Shown: piece by piece, positions 20,045-29,603 of the stretch | Numbering within the stretch: position 1 is the stretch's first letter | Layout: every line of letters starts with the position of its first letter | NCBI GenBank assembly: GCA_016932045.1 | Contig: JAFGDO010000023.1 | Location: forward strand, 42,337-106,336 | Source of the DNA: Candidatus Dojkabacteria bacterium | GTDB taxonomy: Bacteria; Patescibacteriota; Dojkabacteria; JAHIVN01 | Length of the DNA stretch: 64,000 nucleotides | Direction of reading: 5' to 3' | Made by a program: the position numbers and the translations under genes | The notes under the pieces: model-generated | Seen by the model: only the letters and a program-made list of their open reading frames with translations | Databases searched by the model: none | What the model was told of the DNA's origin: nothing

Positions 20045-20395
20045 GTGAGTAAAAAAACTCTACGAAAAAAAAGGCAGGAAAGAGTAAGTAGAAAAATAAT
20101 TGGTCTGTCAAAAAGACCTAGACTGGCAGTTTATCGCTCGAATAAGCATATTTATGCCCAAGTAATTGACGACGAAAAGAAGGTTACTCTTGTGAGTTCT
20201 TCTGATAAAAAGTTGTCGCAGGGAGATCAAAAAAAGACAAAGACAGAAAAGGCCTCCCTTGTAGGTATGGATCTTGGGAAAAAGTTAGTTAAGAATAAGA
20301 TTAAAAGTATAGTTTTTGATAGGAGAGGATACAAGTTTCATGGCAGAGTGAAAGCATTAGCTGAGGCTGTCAGGGGAGAGGGAATTATTTTTTAA
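20045..20395 (+). CDS. rplR: 50S ribosomal protein L18
   Basis: RPRLAVYRSNKHIYAQ, FDRRGYKFHGRV. Confidence 0.97.
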   Translation: MSKKTLRKKRQERVSRKIIGLSKRPRLAVYRSNKHIYAQVIDDEKKVTLVSSSDKKLSQGDQKKTKTEKASLVGMDLGKKLVKNKIKSIVFDRRGYKFHGRVKALAEAVRGEGIIF

Positions 20396-20409
20396 TAAAT
20401 TTTTGAATA

Positions 20410-21021
20410 ATGGTAAAAGAAAATCAACCCAAAAGTACAGTGCAGAAAGCCAAAGAGAATAAGGTGACAAAAAGAATTGAAGTCGGTAGTAAGGATACCC
20501 TTTCGGGAAGAAAGAGAGATATGATGAGAAGGATCAGCAGGAGGGATACATGGGCTCGAAGAAGGAAAGATAAGGATCGCCCCAAGGAAGAGTTGGATGT
20601 AAGATTAGTTTCAATCCGACGAGTGTCTAAAGTGAAAAAAGGTGGCAAAACTTTGAGGATGAGTGTGATGGCGGTTATTGGAGATAAAGAGGGAAATGTA
20701 GGTGTCGCAGTTGCAAAGGGCAAAGACGTCAGGGATGCTCAGAATAAGGCCATTAATAAAGCAAAAAAGAATCTTATAAAAGTCCCTCTAAAGGGCCAGA
20801 CTATTCCCCATGAGGTCACAAGTAAATTTAAGGCAGCGAAGGTTTTTTTGAGGCCAGCGTCACCTGGTACGGGTGTAATTGCTGGTGGAGCCGTAAGAGC
20901 AGTTGTTGAGGTAGCGGGCATAAAAGATATTCTTTCTAAGAGATTGGGGTCAAATAATACAATTACAAATGTATATGCGACTTTTGAAGCGTTAAAAAGT
21001 TTGAGATTAAAAAGATTGTAA
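20410..21021 (+). CDS. rpsE: 30S ribosomal protein S5 with N-terminal extension
   Basis: RVSKVKKGG, PASPGTGVIAGG. Confidence 0.98.
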   Translation: MVKENQPKSTVQKAKENKVTKRIEVGSKDTLSGRKRDMMRRISRRDTWARRRKDKDRPKEELDVRLVSIRRVSKVKKGGKTLRMSVMAVIGDKEGNVGVAVAKGKDVRDAQNKAINKAKKNLIKVPLKGQTIPHEVTSKFKAAKVFLRPASPGTGVIAGGAVRAVVEVAGIKDILSKRLGSNNTITNVYATFEALKSLRLKRL

Positions 21022-21024
21022 AAA

Positions 21025-21486
21025 ATGAAACTACATCAACTACCAAAAATCAAAGAAAAAAAATCTAAACGTATTGGAAGAGGCTATGGAAGCGGTAAAG
21101 GTGGTCATACTGTTGGACGTGGTCAAAAGGGGCAAAGAAGTAGAAAAAGCTTTAAGCGTTTGAAGGCTTGGATTAGAGAATCGAAGATAAGATCTATTCC
21201 TAAATTAAAGGGGATAGGAAAAAGGTCTGCAAGAAGAGGTTATGCAAAAGTCAAGATTAAAGACTATGTACTGAATGTTAGTGACTTAGATCGATTTAAA
21301 GACGGAACTGTTGTTGACCTGTCTTTCTTAAAGAAGGAAGGTATTGCTGACATAAGGACTAAAAAGGTAAGTGTGAAGATATTGGGTAGAGGCGATTTGG
21401 CAAGGAAAGTTACATTACGCGGACTAAAGGTTTCGGAAACAGCAAGGAAGAAAATAGAAAAAGCCGGTGGAAAGGTTGTTGGATGA
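21025..21486 (+). CDS. rplO: 50S ribosomal protein L15
   Basis: RIGRGYGSGKG, GRGQKGQRSR, KIEKAGG. Confidence 0.96.
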   Translation: MKLHQLPKIKEKKSKRIGRGYGSGKGGHTVGRGQKGQRSRKSFKRLKAWIRESKIRSIPKLKGIGKRSARRGYAKVKIKDYVLNVSDLDRFKDGTVVDLSFLKKEGIADIRTKKVSVKILGRGDLARKVTLRGLKVSETARKKIEKAGGKVVG

Positions 21487-21568
21487 AATGCTTATTCTTA
21501 TGAATGCTCATTCTTAAGGTGGCTTTAAGAATTTTTTCTACATTCTATTTTTTATAACATCCGTATTC

Positions 21569-22870
21569 TTGTTTAAGAATTACCTCCAAAAATTAGTGCA
21601 GATTCTGAAGACTCCAGATATTAGGAGGAAATTATATTTCACTCTTCTTATGTTACTAATCTTCCGTTTGTTAGCGGCAATACCTCTCCCTGGTATAAAT
21701 GGAGAAGCCTTTAAAGAATTTTTTGGTGATAATCCTTTCGGAAACGTGTTTACATTGATAACGGGAGGGAGGCTGGATAACCCCTCGATAGTTGCAATAG
21801 GACTTGCGTCATACATCAATGCTTCAGTAATAATTCAATTACTGACAACAGTAATCCCGAAGCTTGATGAATTATCAAAAGAAGGTGAGAGAGGCAGGCA
21901 GATGATCAATCAGTATACTCGGTATCTGACTGTTCCTCTTTCAATTCTACAGTCTCTTGTAATATATACTATACTTAAGAAACAGTTTCCCTTACTTATT
22001 GGAGAACCATCAACACTTGAGATTGCTACTATGGTTATGAGTCTTACTTCGGGAACAGTCCTTTTAATGTGGATTAGCGAACTAATCTCCGAAGAGGGAA
22101 TTGGAAATGGCTCTTCTTTTATAATTTTTGCTGGTATACTTGCTTCTCTTCCAGGCCTGATCAGTCGCGATCTTGAGGTTGTCGGTTATGATAAAGTGCT
22201 TCTAATTTCCGTAATTATTGGTGCCTTAGTTATGATTGGTGGCATTGTTTTTATTACGGAGGCAACGCGTAAGGTGACTATTCAGTATGCTAGGAGGGTG
22301 AGAGGGAGATCAATGGTCGGCGGACAAAGTTCTTATCTGCCTTTAAAAATTAATCAAGCTGGAGTTATGCCTGTTATATTTGCGGCCTCTTTCCTTACAT
22401 TCCCGCAGATGATTACCCAATTTTTTATCAGTGCATCAAATCCCACCTCGTTCTTTTTTAAGGTAAGTGAAAAGGTTGGTTTACTTTATACCAATGAATA
22501 TCAATGGCTCTATAATCTTTTGTATTTCATTCTGATTATTGCATTTACTTTCTTTTATACTTTTGTTGTTCTCAATCCAAATGAACAGGCTGAAAATTTG
22601 AAGAAAGGTGGAGGTTTTATTCCTGGTATAAGACCGGGAAAATCGACTGCTCACTTTATTACTCAAATTATGATCAGACTTACCATTGTAGGGGCAGTTT
22701 TCCTAGCGACTATATCCTTAATACCATCTCTTGCTAGATGGGGCGTTGAGTTAGCCGTTTTATCAGGGATTGGAGGAACAAGTATCTTAATAGTAGTTGG
22801 AGTAATTCTAGACACAATCAGGAGATTAAAATCAATGGTTGTTTCGCGGAGTTATGAAGCTTATAAGTAA
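21569..22870 (+). CDS. secY: Preprotein translocase SecY
   Basis: GIGNG, AGVMPVIFA, IPGIRPG, GTSILIVVGV. Confidence 0.98.
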   Translation: MFKNYLQKLVQILKTPDIRRKLYFTLLMLLIFRLLAAIPLPGINGEAFKEFFGDNPFGNVFTLITGGRLDNPSIVAIGLASYINASVIIQLLTTVIPKLDELSKEGERGRQMINQYTRYLTVPLSILQSLVIYTILKKQFPLLIGEPSTLEIATMVMSLTSGTVLLMWISELISEEGIGNGSSFIIFAGILASLPGLISRDLEVVGYDKVLLISVIIGALVMIGGIVFITEATRKVTIQYARRVRGRSMVGGQSSYLPLKINQAGVMPVIFAASFLTFPQMITQFFISASNPTSFFFKVSEKVGLLYTNEYQWLYNLLYFILIIAFTFFYTFVVLNPNEQAENLKKGGGFIPGIRPGKSTAHFITQIMIRLTIVGAVFLATISLIPSLARWGVELAVLSGIGGTSILIVVGVILDTIRRLKSMVVSRSYEAYK

Positions 22871-22923
22871 AATAAATAATTATTAATTTATAGCTATATA
22901 TTTAAGGTTCAGAATTCATTATA

Positions 22924-23502
22924 GTGATAATAATAATAATTGGTCCTCCTGGCTCGGGAAAATCGACTCAAGCAAGGATGCTGGGAAAAGAAATAGGTAT
23001 TCCTTCGATTTCTATGGGACAAATATTAAGGGATGCTGAGGAAGCCAAAACAGTACTTGGAACAGAGGCTGCTAAGTTTACAAAAGAAGGCAAGCTTATA
23101 CCATCTAAGCTGATAAAGGCTTTTACAAGATTTCGACTTGAAGAAAATGACTGTAAAGATGGATTCATACTTGATGGTGCACCAAGAAGAGTTGAGGAAG
23201 CAGTAGTTCTGGATGAGTATTTATCCAGAAAGGGGGAGCAAATAGATAAGGTAATATCGCTTGAAGTATCAGATGGGGAAGTAATAGAGAGATTATTAGC
23301 AAGGGCAAAACTTCCTGAAGAAGAGGGGGGAGGCAGGGAAGATGATAATATTGAGGATATAAAGGTTCGTCTACGGGAATTTTATGATAATTATGATGCA
23401 ATAAAAGTTTATTATGACCAAAAGGATGTACTAGTAAGAATTGACGGAAGTGGGGCGATTGAGGATATACATAAACGAATGCGTGCCTTATTTAAGCTAT
23501 AG
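22924..23502 (+). CDS. adk: Adenylate kinase, short LID type
   Basis: GPPGSGKSTQA, ILDGAPR, REDD. Confidence 0.95.
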   Translation: MIIIIIGPPGSGKSTQARMLGKEIGIPSISMGQILRDAEEAKTVLGTEAAKFTKEGKLIPSKLIKAFTRFRLEENDCKDGFILDGAPRRVEEAVVLDEYLSRKGEQIDKVISLEVSDGEVIERLLARAKLPEEEGGGREDDNIEDIKVRLREFYDNYDAIKVYYDQKDVLVRIDGSGAIEDIHKRMRALFKL

Positions 23503-23533
23503 AGTACAAAGACATTTTTGAAATCAGGGTATT

Positions 23534-24289
23534 ATGGTAAATGTGATCCTTAAAACGGAACGTGAGATCAGAATAATGCGGGAGGCAGGTAAGATACTTG
23601 CTCAGATCATTAAAAAGTTAAGCAACGGAGTAAAAAGAGGAATTTCAACTTATGATATAAATGGAGAAGCAAAAGATCTGTGTAAATATTACAAAGTAAA
23701 TCCTGCTTTTTTGGGTTATAAAGGGTATCCTGCGGCAACTTGTTTGGGGGTCAATGATACTGTAGTTCATGGGATTCCTTCAAAAGAGGAGATTCTAAAG
23801 GAAGGCGATATTATTAGCATTGATATGGGTATTATTTATAAAGGTTATTATTCCGATTGTGCAGTTACTGTTGGTGTTGGAAGCGTTCCTGAAAATGCCC
23901 AAAGATTAATTAGTGCGACAAGGGATAGTCTAGAGGCTGCAATTAATCAGGCGAAAAAGGGTAAGACGGTTGGTGATATTGGATATGCGATCCAATCTAT
24001 AACCGAACTGGCAGGTTTTAGTGTTGTCAAACAGATGGTGGGTCACGGTATAGGTAAAGCTTTGCATGAAGACCCACAGATTCCAGGTTTTGGTAAGCAA
24101 AATACTGGTGTAGAACTGAAAGAAGGCATGGTGTTTGCCATAGAAGCAATAGTTAATGAAGGAAGCGAGAGAATAAAATTCTTAAAAGATGGTTGGACAA
24201 CAAAGACGGAGGACGGTAAACTATCTGCTCTTTTTGAACATTCGGTTGCGATAACAAGGCAAGGTACAGTAGTATTGACTGCTGAATAA
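23534..24289 (+). CDS. map: Methionine aminopeptidase type I
   Basis: VVHGIP, GHGIG..LHEDP, FEHS. Confidence 0.97.
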   Translation: MVNVILKTEREIRIMREAGKILAQIIKKLSNGVKRGISTYDINGEAKDLCKYYKVNPAFLGYKGYPAATCLGVNDTVVHGIPSKEEILKEGDIISIDMGIIYKGYYSDCAVTVGVGSVPENAQRLISATRDSLEAAINQAKKGKTVGDIGYAIQSITELAGFSVVKQMVGHGIGKALHEDPQIPGFGKQNTGVELKEGMVFAIEAIVNEGSERIKFLKDGWTTKTEDGKLSALFEHSVAITRQGTVVLTAE

Positions 24290-24374
24290 TCTTATAATTT
24301 GGACTTGTTTCATAGGGATAGCTTTGCTATAATAAAGTTCAGCCGCTTTGTGGCGGCATTTTATAGGCATTATT

Positions 24375-24611
24375 ATGGGAGAAATATTAGATCCAAAAAA
24401 GAAAATAGAGGTTGACGGCGTGGTAATTGAGAATTTACCAGGGACTAAATTCCGTGTTGAGGTTGAGATTAAAGGCGAAAAACATGAGATTTTAGGCCAT
24501 TTATCAGGTAAGATGCGCATGAACTATATAAAGTTAAATGTAGGAGACACAGTTAAGGTGGAAATACCACTTTACGACCCAAGTAAGGGAAGGATTGTTT
24601 ATAGGTATTAA
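24375..24611 (+). CDS. infA: Translation initiation factor IF-1 (ATG 24375 preferred to 24348)
   Basis: ENLP...FRV, HLSGKMR, GRIVYR. Confidence 0.96.
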   Translation: MGEILDPKKKIEVDGVVIENLPGTKFRVEVEIKGEKHEILGHLSGKMRMNYIKLNVGDTVKVEIPLYDPSKGRIVYRY

Positions 24612-24649
24612 TTGAAGTATAATTAAACATTTTTACGACTTTAGTAGTT

Positions 24650-24775
24650 ATGAAAGTAAAGACTAGTGTGAAGAAAAGATGTGAGTATTGTTATATCGTT
24701 CGTAGAAAGGGACGGGTTTATATCTATTGTAGAAGAAACCCTAAACATAAACAGAAACAAGGAAAAACTACATAA
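24650..24775 (+). CDS. rpmJ: 50S ribosomal protein L36 (below the ORF-track size cutoff)
   Basis: Manual translation [41 protein letters not shown]; C..C..C..H zinc ribbon; lies between infA and rpsM. Confidence 0.97.
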   Translation: MKVKTSVKKRCEYCYIVRRKGRVYIYCRRNPKHKQKQGKTT

Positions 24776-24807
24776 TTAGTAATATTTATTTAATTTTTGG
24801 TTTAATT

Positions 24808-25203
24808 ATGGCATTACAAAGAGCAAGAATTTCGGGTGTAGATATTCCCCTTGAAAAAAGGATTGAGGTTTCGCTTACATATATATATGGTATAGGAAGA
24901 AAAAAATCTCTTGATATTTTAAAACAAGCAAAGATTAGTCCAGATACGCGCACGAAAGATTTAGCCGATACAGATATAAAGAATCTTGTGGCAATAATTG
25001 ATAAAAATTATGAGGTAGAAGGAACATTAAGACAAAGTGTATTTAGAGATGTTAAACGTTTGAAGGACATCCGTTGTTATAGAGGGATCAGGCATAAATT
25101 AGGGTTACCTGTGAGGGGACAGAGAACTCGTACAAATGCTGTTACAAGAAAAGGTAGAAATATTGCTGTAGGTGGCTTGAAAAGAAAGCTTGAAAAGACC
25201 TAA
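24808..25203 (+). CDS. rpsM: 30S ribosomal protein S13
   Basis: [26 protein letters not shown]. Confidence 0.98.
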   Translation: MALQRARISGVDIPLEKRIEVSLTYIYGIGRKKSLDILKQAKISPDTRTKDLADTDIKNLVAIIDKNYEVEGTLRQSVFRDVKRLKDIRCYRGIRHKLGLPVRGQRTRTNAVTRKGRNIAVGGLKRKLEKT

Positions 25204-25256
25204 GACAGGTAGTATTAAAAATTTCGAGTTTATAATTATTTACAACAATTTTATAT

Positions 25257-25718
25257 ATGGGAAAGAAAAAAGTACTAGATAAATCAGAGCAGCCTGAAAG
25301 TGTAAGTAAGGAAACCTCAAAAGATAAAAAGGCGACAACAAAAGCTTCCAAATCTAAGAAGAGGAAAGATATTCCTAAGGCACGTGTTTATGTGAACTGT
25401 AGTTATAATAGTACAGTAATTACCTTTACAGATTATTCAGGGAATGTATTTGCATGGAGTAGTAGTGGATGTTCGGGTTTTAGGGGATCAAAGAAGGGTA
25501 CCGCTTTTGCTGCGACAAAGGCTGCTTATGATGCTTACGACAAAGCTTCGAAATATGGTGTAAAGGAAGCAAGTGTCATTGTAAAAGGAGTAGGTATGGG
25601 TAGAAGGGCAGCTGTTAAGGGTTTGAGAACTGCTGGGTTAATAATCACATCTCTTTCTGATCGAACTCCAATTCCTCATAACGGATGCAGACCAAGGAAG
25701 AAACCTAGAGGGAGTTAA
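25257..25718 (+). CDS. rpsK: 30S ribosomal protein S11 with N-terminal extension
   Basis: GFRGSKK, TPIPHNGCRP. Confidence 0.98.
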   Translation: MGKKKVLDKSEQPESVSKETSKDKKATTKASKSKKRKDIPKARVYVNCSYNSTVITFTDYSGNVFAWSSSGCSGFRGSKKGTAFAATKAAYDAYDKASKYGVKEASVIVKGVGMGRRAAVKGLRTAGLIITSLSDRTPIPHNGCRPRKKPRGS

Positions 25719-25742
25719 TTTTAGTTTAAATTTATAAGTTTA

Positions 25743-26339
25743 ATGGCAAGAGATTTATCTCCAAAATGGAAAAGAAGTCGAAGAGAAAAATATTCTTTGT
25801 TTGAAGATGATAAGTGGAAAAGAAGGCCAACATTGCCTGGTGAACACCCGTTAAGCACATCAAGGCCATCAGCCTATGCACTCCGTTTCCGAGAGAAGCA
25901 AAAAGCGAAAAGGATTTATGGTTTACTGGAGAAGCAATTTAAACGTTTCTTTAAAATGGCTGAAAAAGCTAAGGGTAACACGGGTGTAAAGTTACTGCAG
26001 CTTTTAGAGATGAGACTGGATAATGTTGTTTATAGATTAGGAGTCGCTCCAACACGCAATGCTGCTCGACAACTTGTGAATCATGGGAATATTACTGTCA
26101 ATGACAAGAAAATAAGCATACCTTCATATGTTGTGTCGGTTGGAGATGAAGTCGGGTTAAAGCCGAGTGCCCAGAAGAAAGAATTTGTAAAAATATTTAC
26201 TGAACAAGCTAAGAAAATTAAAACTCCGAAATGGCTACAGAAGCTTACACATGGCGGCAAAGTTGCTTCTGAACCAAGTCGAGAAATGATAGATAAAGGG
26301 ATTAATGAACAGTTGATAGTGGAGTTTTATTCAAGATAG
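25743..26339 (+). CDS. rpsD: 30S ribosomal protein S4
   Basis: EKQK, LEMRLDNVVYR, IVEFYSR. Confidence 0.98.
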   Translation: MARDLSPKWKRSRREKYSLFEDDKWKRRPTLPGEHPLSTSRPSAYALRFREKQKAKRIYGLLEKQFKRFFKMAEKAKGNTGVKLLQLLEMRLDNVVYRLGVAPTRNAARQLVNHGNITVNDKKISIPSYVVSVGDEVGLKPSAQKKEFVKIFTEQAKKIKTPKWLQKLTHGGKVASEPSREMIDKGINEQLIVEFYSR

Positions 26340-26398
26340 TGTCGGTTTTAGATTGAAATTCAGTTTTTTGTTTTAATTTTAGATTTTAGTTTTTTATT

Positions 26399-27337
26399 AT
26401 GATAGCTTTAGATAAATTTAGATTTAATGTAGCTAAGGAGAAGGGAAATATTGGAGTGTACCAACTGGGACCACTTCCTAAGGGATATGGTGTTACTGTT
26501 GGGAATGCCCTTAGAAGAATCTTACTTTCAAGTATTGAGGGGGCTGCTATCACTAGTGTTAGGATAGCAGGAATTAAGCACGAATATTCAATGATTCCAG
26601 GAGTACTAGATGATATGCTGAGTATTCTTTTGAAGTTGAAAAAACTTGCACTTCGTTGTTATAGTGATAAACCGCAGACGATTGAGTTAGATGTAAAGGG
26701 GAAAAAGAAGGTTAAAGCAAAGGATATTAAGCTTACCTCAGATGTCGAAATTGCAAATCCAGAACTTGCTATTACTGAACTGACAGATAGTAAGGCAAAG
26801 CTTAATATCAAAATGACTGTTGAAAAAGGGGCAGGTTATGTACCAAGTGACGAGGAGAAACGTAGCCAAGTGGGAGTTATTCCTCTAGATGCCGACTTTT
26901 CTCCTGTAAAGCGCGTTGTGCTTAAAGTTACAAAGACAAGAGTAGGCCAGCAGACTGATTTAGATCAAGTAGATTTAGAAGTTTATACAAATGATGCTTT
27001 ATCTCCTCGTGATGCGTTTGTACAGGCAGCCGATATTTATAAATCAATAACGCAACGACTAATAGCAGTTATCAAGGGTGAGGCTGAGGATGAAGGTGAG
27101 GAGGTAAAGGAAAAAAAGGAAAAAGATGAAGGTTCGACTAGTTCGGATTTAGATATAGACAAAATAAATTTGTCACCAAGACTCACAAACAGTTTGATTA
27201 AAGCAGGCTATAAAAACTTAACAGAGCTCGAAGGAAAAACGCTTGAAGAAATTATGGAGATACGAGGTCTTGGTAAAAGAAGTGCTGAAGAACTTGTTGA
27301 CATTATGAAAAGCTATAAGTTAAAGGTTGAGGATTAG
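26399..27337 (+). CDS. rpoA: RNA polymerase alpha subunit
   Basis: GYGVTVGNALRRILLSS, FSPV, CTD LSPR...GLGKRS. Confidence 0.98.
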   Translation: MIALDKFRFNVAKEKGNIGVYQLGPLPKGYGVTVGNALRRILLSSIEGAAITSVRIAGIKHEYSMIPGVLDDMLSILLKLKKLALRCYSDKPQTIELDVKGKKKVKAKDIKLTSDVEIANPELAITELTDSKAKLNIKMTVEKGAGYVPSDEEKRSQVGVIPLDADFSPVKRVVLKVTKTRVGQQTDLDQVDLEVYTNDALSPRDAFVQAADIYKSITQRLIAVIKGEAEDEGEEVKEKKEKDEGSTSSDLDIDKINLSPRLTNSLIKAGYKNLTELEGKTLEEIMEIRGLGKRSAEELVDIMKSYKLKVED

Positions 27338-27381
27338 AATATTATTTTCATTTCAGAGGACTTTTAGATTATTAAAACATT

Positions 27382-27951
27382 ATGAGGCATAGAAAAAAGG
27401 GTAAACAACTAGGTCGAACTGCTTCTCATAGAAAGGCAATGATAGCAAATTTGTCCTCATTCTTGATTCTAAATGAGTATATAGTAACTACTAAGGCTAA
27501 AGCAAAGGAGTGCAAATCTTTTACTGATAAAGTAATTTCAATAGCAAAGAAGAAGGATTTATATTCAAAAAGGCGAGTTAAAAGTCTTCTTAAAGACAAA
27601 ATTGCATCCGGGAAGTTAGTAGATGTTTTAGTTGATAGATATGCTGATCGAGAAGGTGGTTATGTCAGTATGGTCAAGCTTGGAAAGCGGGTGGGTGATG
27701 ATGCCGATATGGCGAAACTTTATCTAGTTGGATCTGAGCCAGTAAGAGTTAAAAAGAAGGTTAAGACAAAGAAGAAAGTCAAAAAACAAAAGGAGAAGAA
27801 ACAGGAGGTAGAAAAGAAGGAGAAAAAGGGTATATTTGAGAAGGTAAAAAGTTTAAGGCAGAGTATTTTTGACAGGAGACAAGGAAGCGGGAAAGGGCAA
27901 CAGGATGTCGGTGCAAAAAGAATAGAAACTAAATCCAGATCGGGCATTTAA
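27382..27951 (+). CDS. rplQ: 50S ribosomal protein L17 with Lys-rich C-terminal extension
   Basis: MRHR...LGR..SHRKA, R.GGY, R.GD.A. Confidence 0.97.
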   Translation: MRHRKKGKQLGRTASHRKAMIANLSSFLILNEYIVTTKAKAKECKSFTDKVISIAKKKDLYSKRRVKSLLKDKIASGKLVDVLVDRYADREGGYVSMVKLGKRVGDDADMAKLYLVGSEPVRVKKKVKTKKKVKKQKEKKQEVEKKEKKGIFEKVKSLRQSIFDRRQGSGKGQQDVGAKRIETKSRSGI

Positions 27952-27984
27952 TCTTTTGTACTATATTACGGAATCACTTGAGAA

Positions 27985-28419
27985 ATGGAAAGAACAAAAG
28001 TTATTAGCAAAAAAGATATAAAAAGAGAGTGGTATTTAGTGGATGCGACGGGAGTAAGGCTTGGTCGCCTTGCAAGTTTTGTTGCTAAACTACTCCAAGG
28101 TAAAGACAAGCCTATTTACTCGCAGAATATTGATTGCGGTGACAATGTTATTGTTATAAATTCGAAAAGTATTGAAGTGCATCCTAAGAAATATGCTAGT
28201 AAAATGTATTGGCGTCACTCGGGTTATATTGGTTCTCTAAAACAGGATACACTTGCAGAGATGTTGAAAAAGAGACCCAATGAGGTAATCAAAAAAGCTG
28301 TGTGGGGAATGATTCCAAAGACCAAGTTGGGAGGGAGAATGATAAAGAAATTATATATATATGAAGGAGAAGATCATAAACATTCTGTAAATAAACCTAA
28401 AATCATAAAAGTAACATAA
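27985..28419 (+). CDS. rplM: 50S ribosomal protein L13
   Basis: WYLVDA, LGRLAS, HSGY.G, GMIPK. Confidence 0.98.
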   Translation: MERTKVISKKDIKREWYLVDATGVRLGRLASFVAKLLQGKDKPIYSQNIDCGDNVIVINSKSIEVHPKKYASKMYWRHSGYIGSLKQDTLAEMLKKRPNEVIKKAVWGMIPKTKLGGRMIKKLYIYEGEDHKHSVNKPKIIKVT

Positions 28420-28420
28420 T

Positions 28421-28861
28421 ATGGCTAAAAAGGAAGAAAAGAGAGAAAAAGTCAACAAGGATAGCAAAAAGGTTGGTAAATACTTTTTTGCTTTTGGACG
28501 AAGAAAAACTTCTGTTTCAACTGTCAGGATATTTGAAGGAAAGGGAGAGGATACTATAAATGGTAAGAAAGTAAAAGAAGTATATTCTTCGGCAAGAGAG
28601 CTAGAAGAGTTATATTCACCATTTAAGGTAGCAGATAATCTTGGTAAGTACTATTTTACTGCTAAGGTTATGGGGGGTGGCAAATCGGGTCAGCTTGATA
28701 GCATAAAGTTAGCTCTCGCAAGGGCTCTTACTAATTCCGATGAGAAGCTCAGGAAATTATTAAAAGTTAGAAAGCTACTTACTGTTGATGGACGCGTTAA
28801 AGAGAGAAAGAAGCCTGGACTCAAGAAGGCAAGAAAACAGGAACAGTATTCAAAGAGATAA
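28421..28861 (+). CDS. rpsI: 30S ribosomal protein S9
   Basis: GRRK, GGG.SGQ, ERKKPGL.KARK..QYSKR. Confidence 0.98.
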   Translation: MAKKEEKREKVNKDSKKVGKYFFAFGRRKTSVSTVRIFEGKGEDTINGKKVKEVYSSARELEELYSPFKVADNLGKYYFTAKVMGGGKSGQLDSIKLALARALTNSDEKLRKLLKVRKLLTVDGRVKERKKPGLKKARKQEQYSKR

Positions 28862-28902
28862 AATTCGTTCACTTAATTATTGTCTTCCATCAATTCTAAT
28901 TG

Positions 28903-29352
28903 TTATATCCTGCTTACTCTTTTTGCAAAGTTTTTCAAAGCACCGCTTTTTATCACTATTAAATCCATATCAAATACTCTTGCGTACATATCAAGTAGGG
29001 ATACAACATCCAATAGCGAGCGGTATCCAGACAGACCTGAGACGTCGATGTACATTTTATTAAAATTTATCTTAAAGCTTAATGCTTTCTTAATGTCATA
29101 AACATCGAGTGTCTCAAAGTGTATATAAGGTCGCTTTCTTCTTGCTCTTTCTATACATTTATTACTAATATCAGTAGCAATTAGATTTTGGCACTCGTTG
29201 TAAAGAAGTTCGGAAGTAGTACCCCATTCACAACCTATTTCTAATAGCCGGTCATTTGGTTGTACATAGTTGGCTATAGAAGATCTATATTCTTTAACAC
29301 CCCGTGTTGCCAAATAGAGTGTCTTGAGCTTGTACTGTTGCTCGTTTGCCAT
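28903..29352 (-). CDS. Class I SAM-dependent methyltransferase-like protein (ATG 29352 preferred to 29412)
   Basis: LLEIGCEWG motif I, ATDIS motif II; the longer start would lie inside a terminator hairpin. Confidence 0.75.
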   Translation of the reverse strand: MANEQQYKLKTLYLATRGVKEYRSSIANYVQPNDRLLEIGCEWGTTSELLYNECQNLIATDISNKCIERARRKRPYIHFETLDVYDIKKALSFKINFNKMYIDVSGLSGYRSLLDVVSLLDMYARVFDMDLIVIKSGALKNFAKRVSRI

Positions 29353-29396
29353 GTCCCTAAAATAAAAAGTTAAATTAAACCTGATTACTTTGGGAC

Positions 29397-29453
29397 AAAA
29401 AAAAGCGCCCAATCCCGTAAAAGACGTATTACGTCTCTACGGGATCAGGCGCT
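29397..29453 (-). terminator. Intrinsic terminator upstream of the methyltransferase start
   Basis: Minus strand AGCGCCTGATCCCGTAGAGACGT-AAT-ACGTCTTTTACGGGATTGGGCGCT running into T8. Confidence 0.8.
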
Positions 29454-29568
29454 CTAAGATTCACATCCTACTTGGTTTACACCTTATAGACATTTCTTAC
29501 CTGAGCTAACCCATGAAGTATGAATATTTACTTCATGGTTGACCTCCTGAAGCATCAAGTGTTTTATT
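29454..29568 (-). promoter_or_regulatory. Structured 5' leader, candidate attenuator or riboswitch with Met-Lys uORF
   Basis: AGGAGG-N6-ATGAAGTAA inside a perfect 10-bp stem; GNRA-capped hairpins GGT-GTAA-ACC and TAGGAT-GTGA-ATCTTA. Confidence 0.6.
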
Positions 29569-29574
29569 AGACCG

Positions 29575-29603
29575 ATTATACCATTATCAAAGGTGTTGTT
29601 CAA
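29575..29603 (-). promoter_or_regulatory. Sigma70-type promoter
   Basis: Minus strand TTGAAC-N17-TATAAT with extended -10 TGG. Confidence 0.7.

Noticed and set aside
10628-28872. Minus-strand ORFs across the ribosomal cluster
   Set aside because: Antisense shadows of well-supported ribosomal genes with no recognisable motifs
29353-29412. N-terminal extension of the methyltransferase ORF
   Set aside because: The TTG start lies in the terminator stem and T-tract; ATG 29352 fits better
29397-29570. Assignment to a known riboswitch (SAM-I, SAH, glycine, purine, TPP, glmS)
   Set aside because: Only fragments resemble these; their core consensus motifs are not present in order
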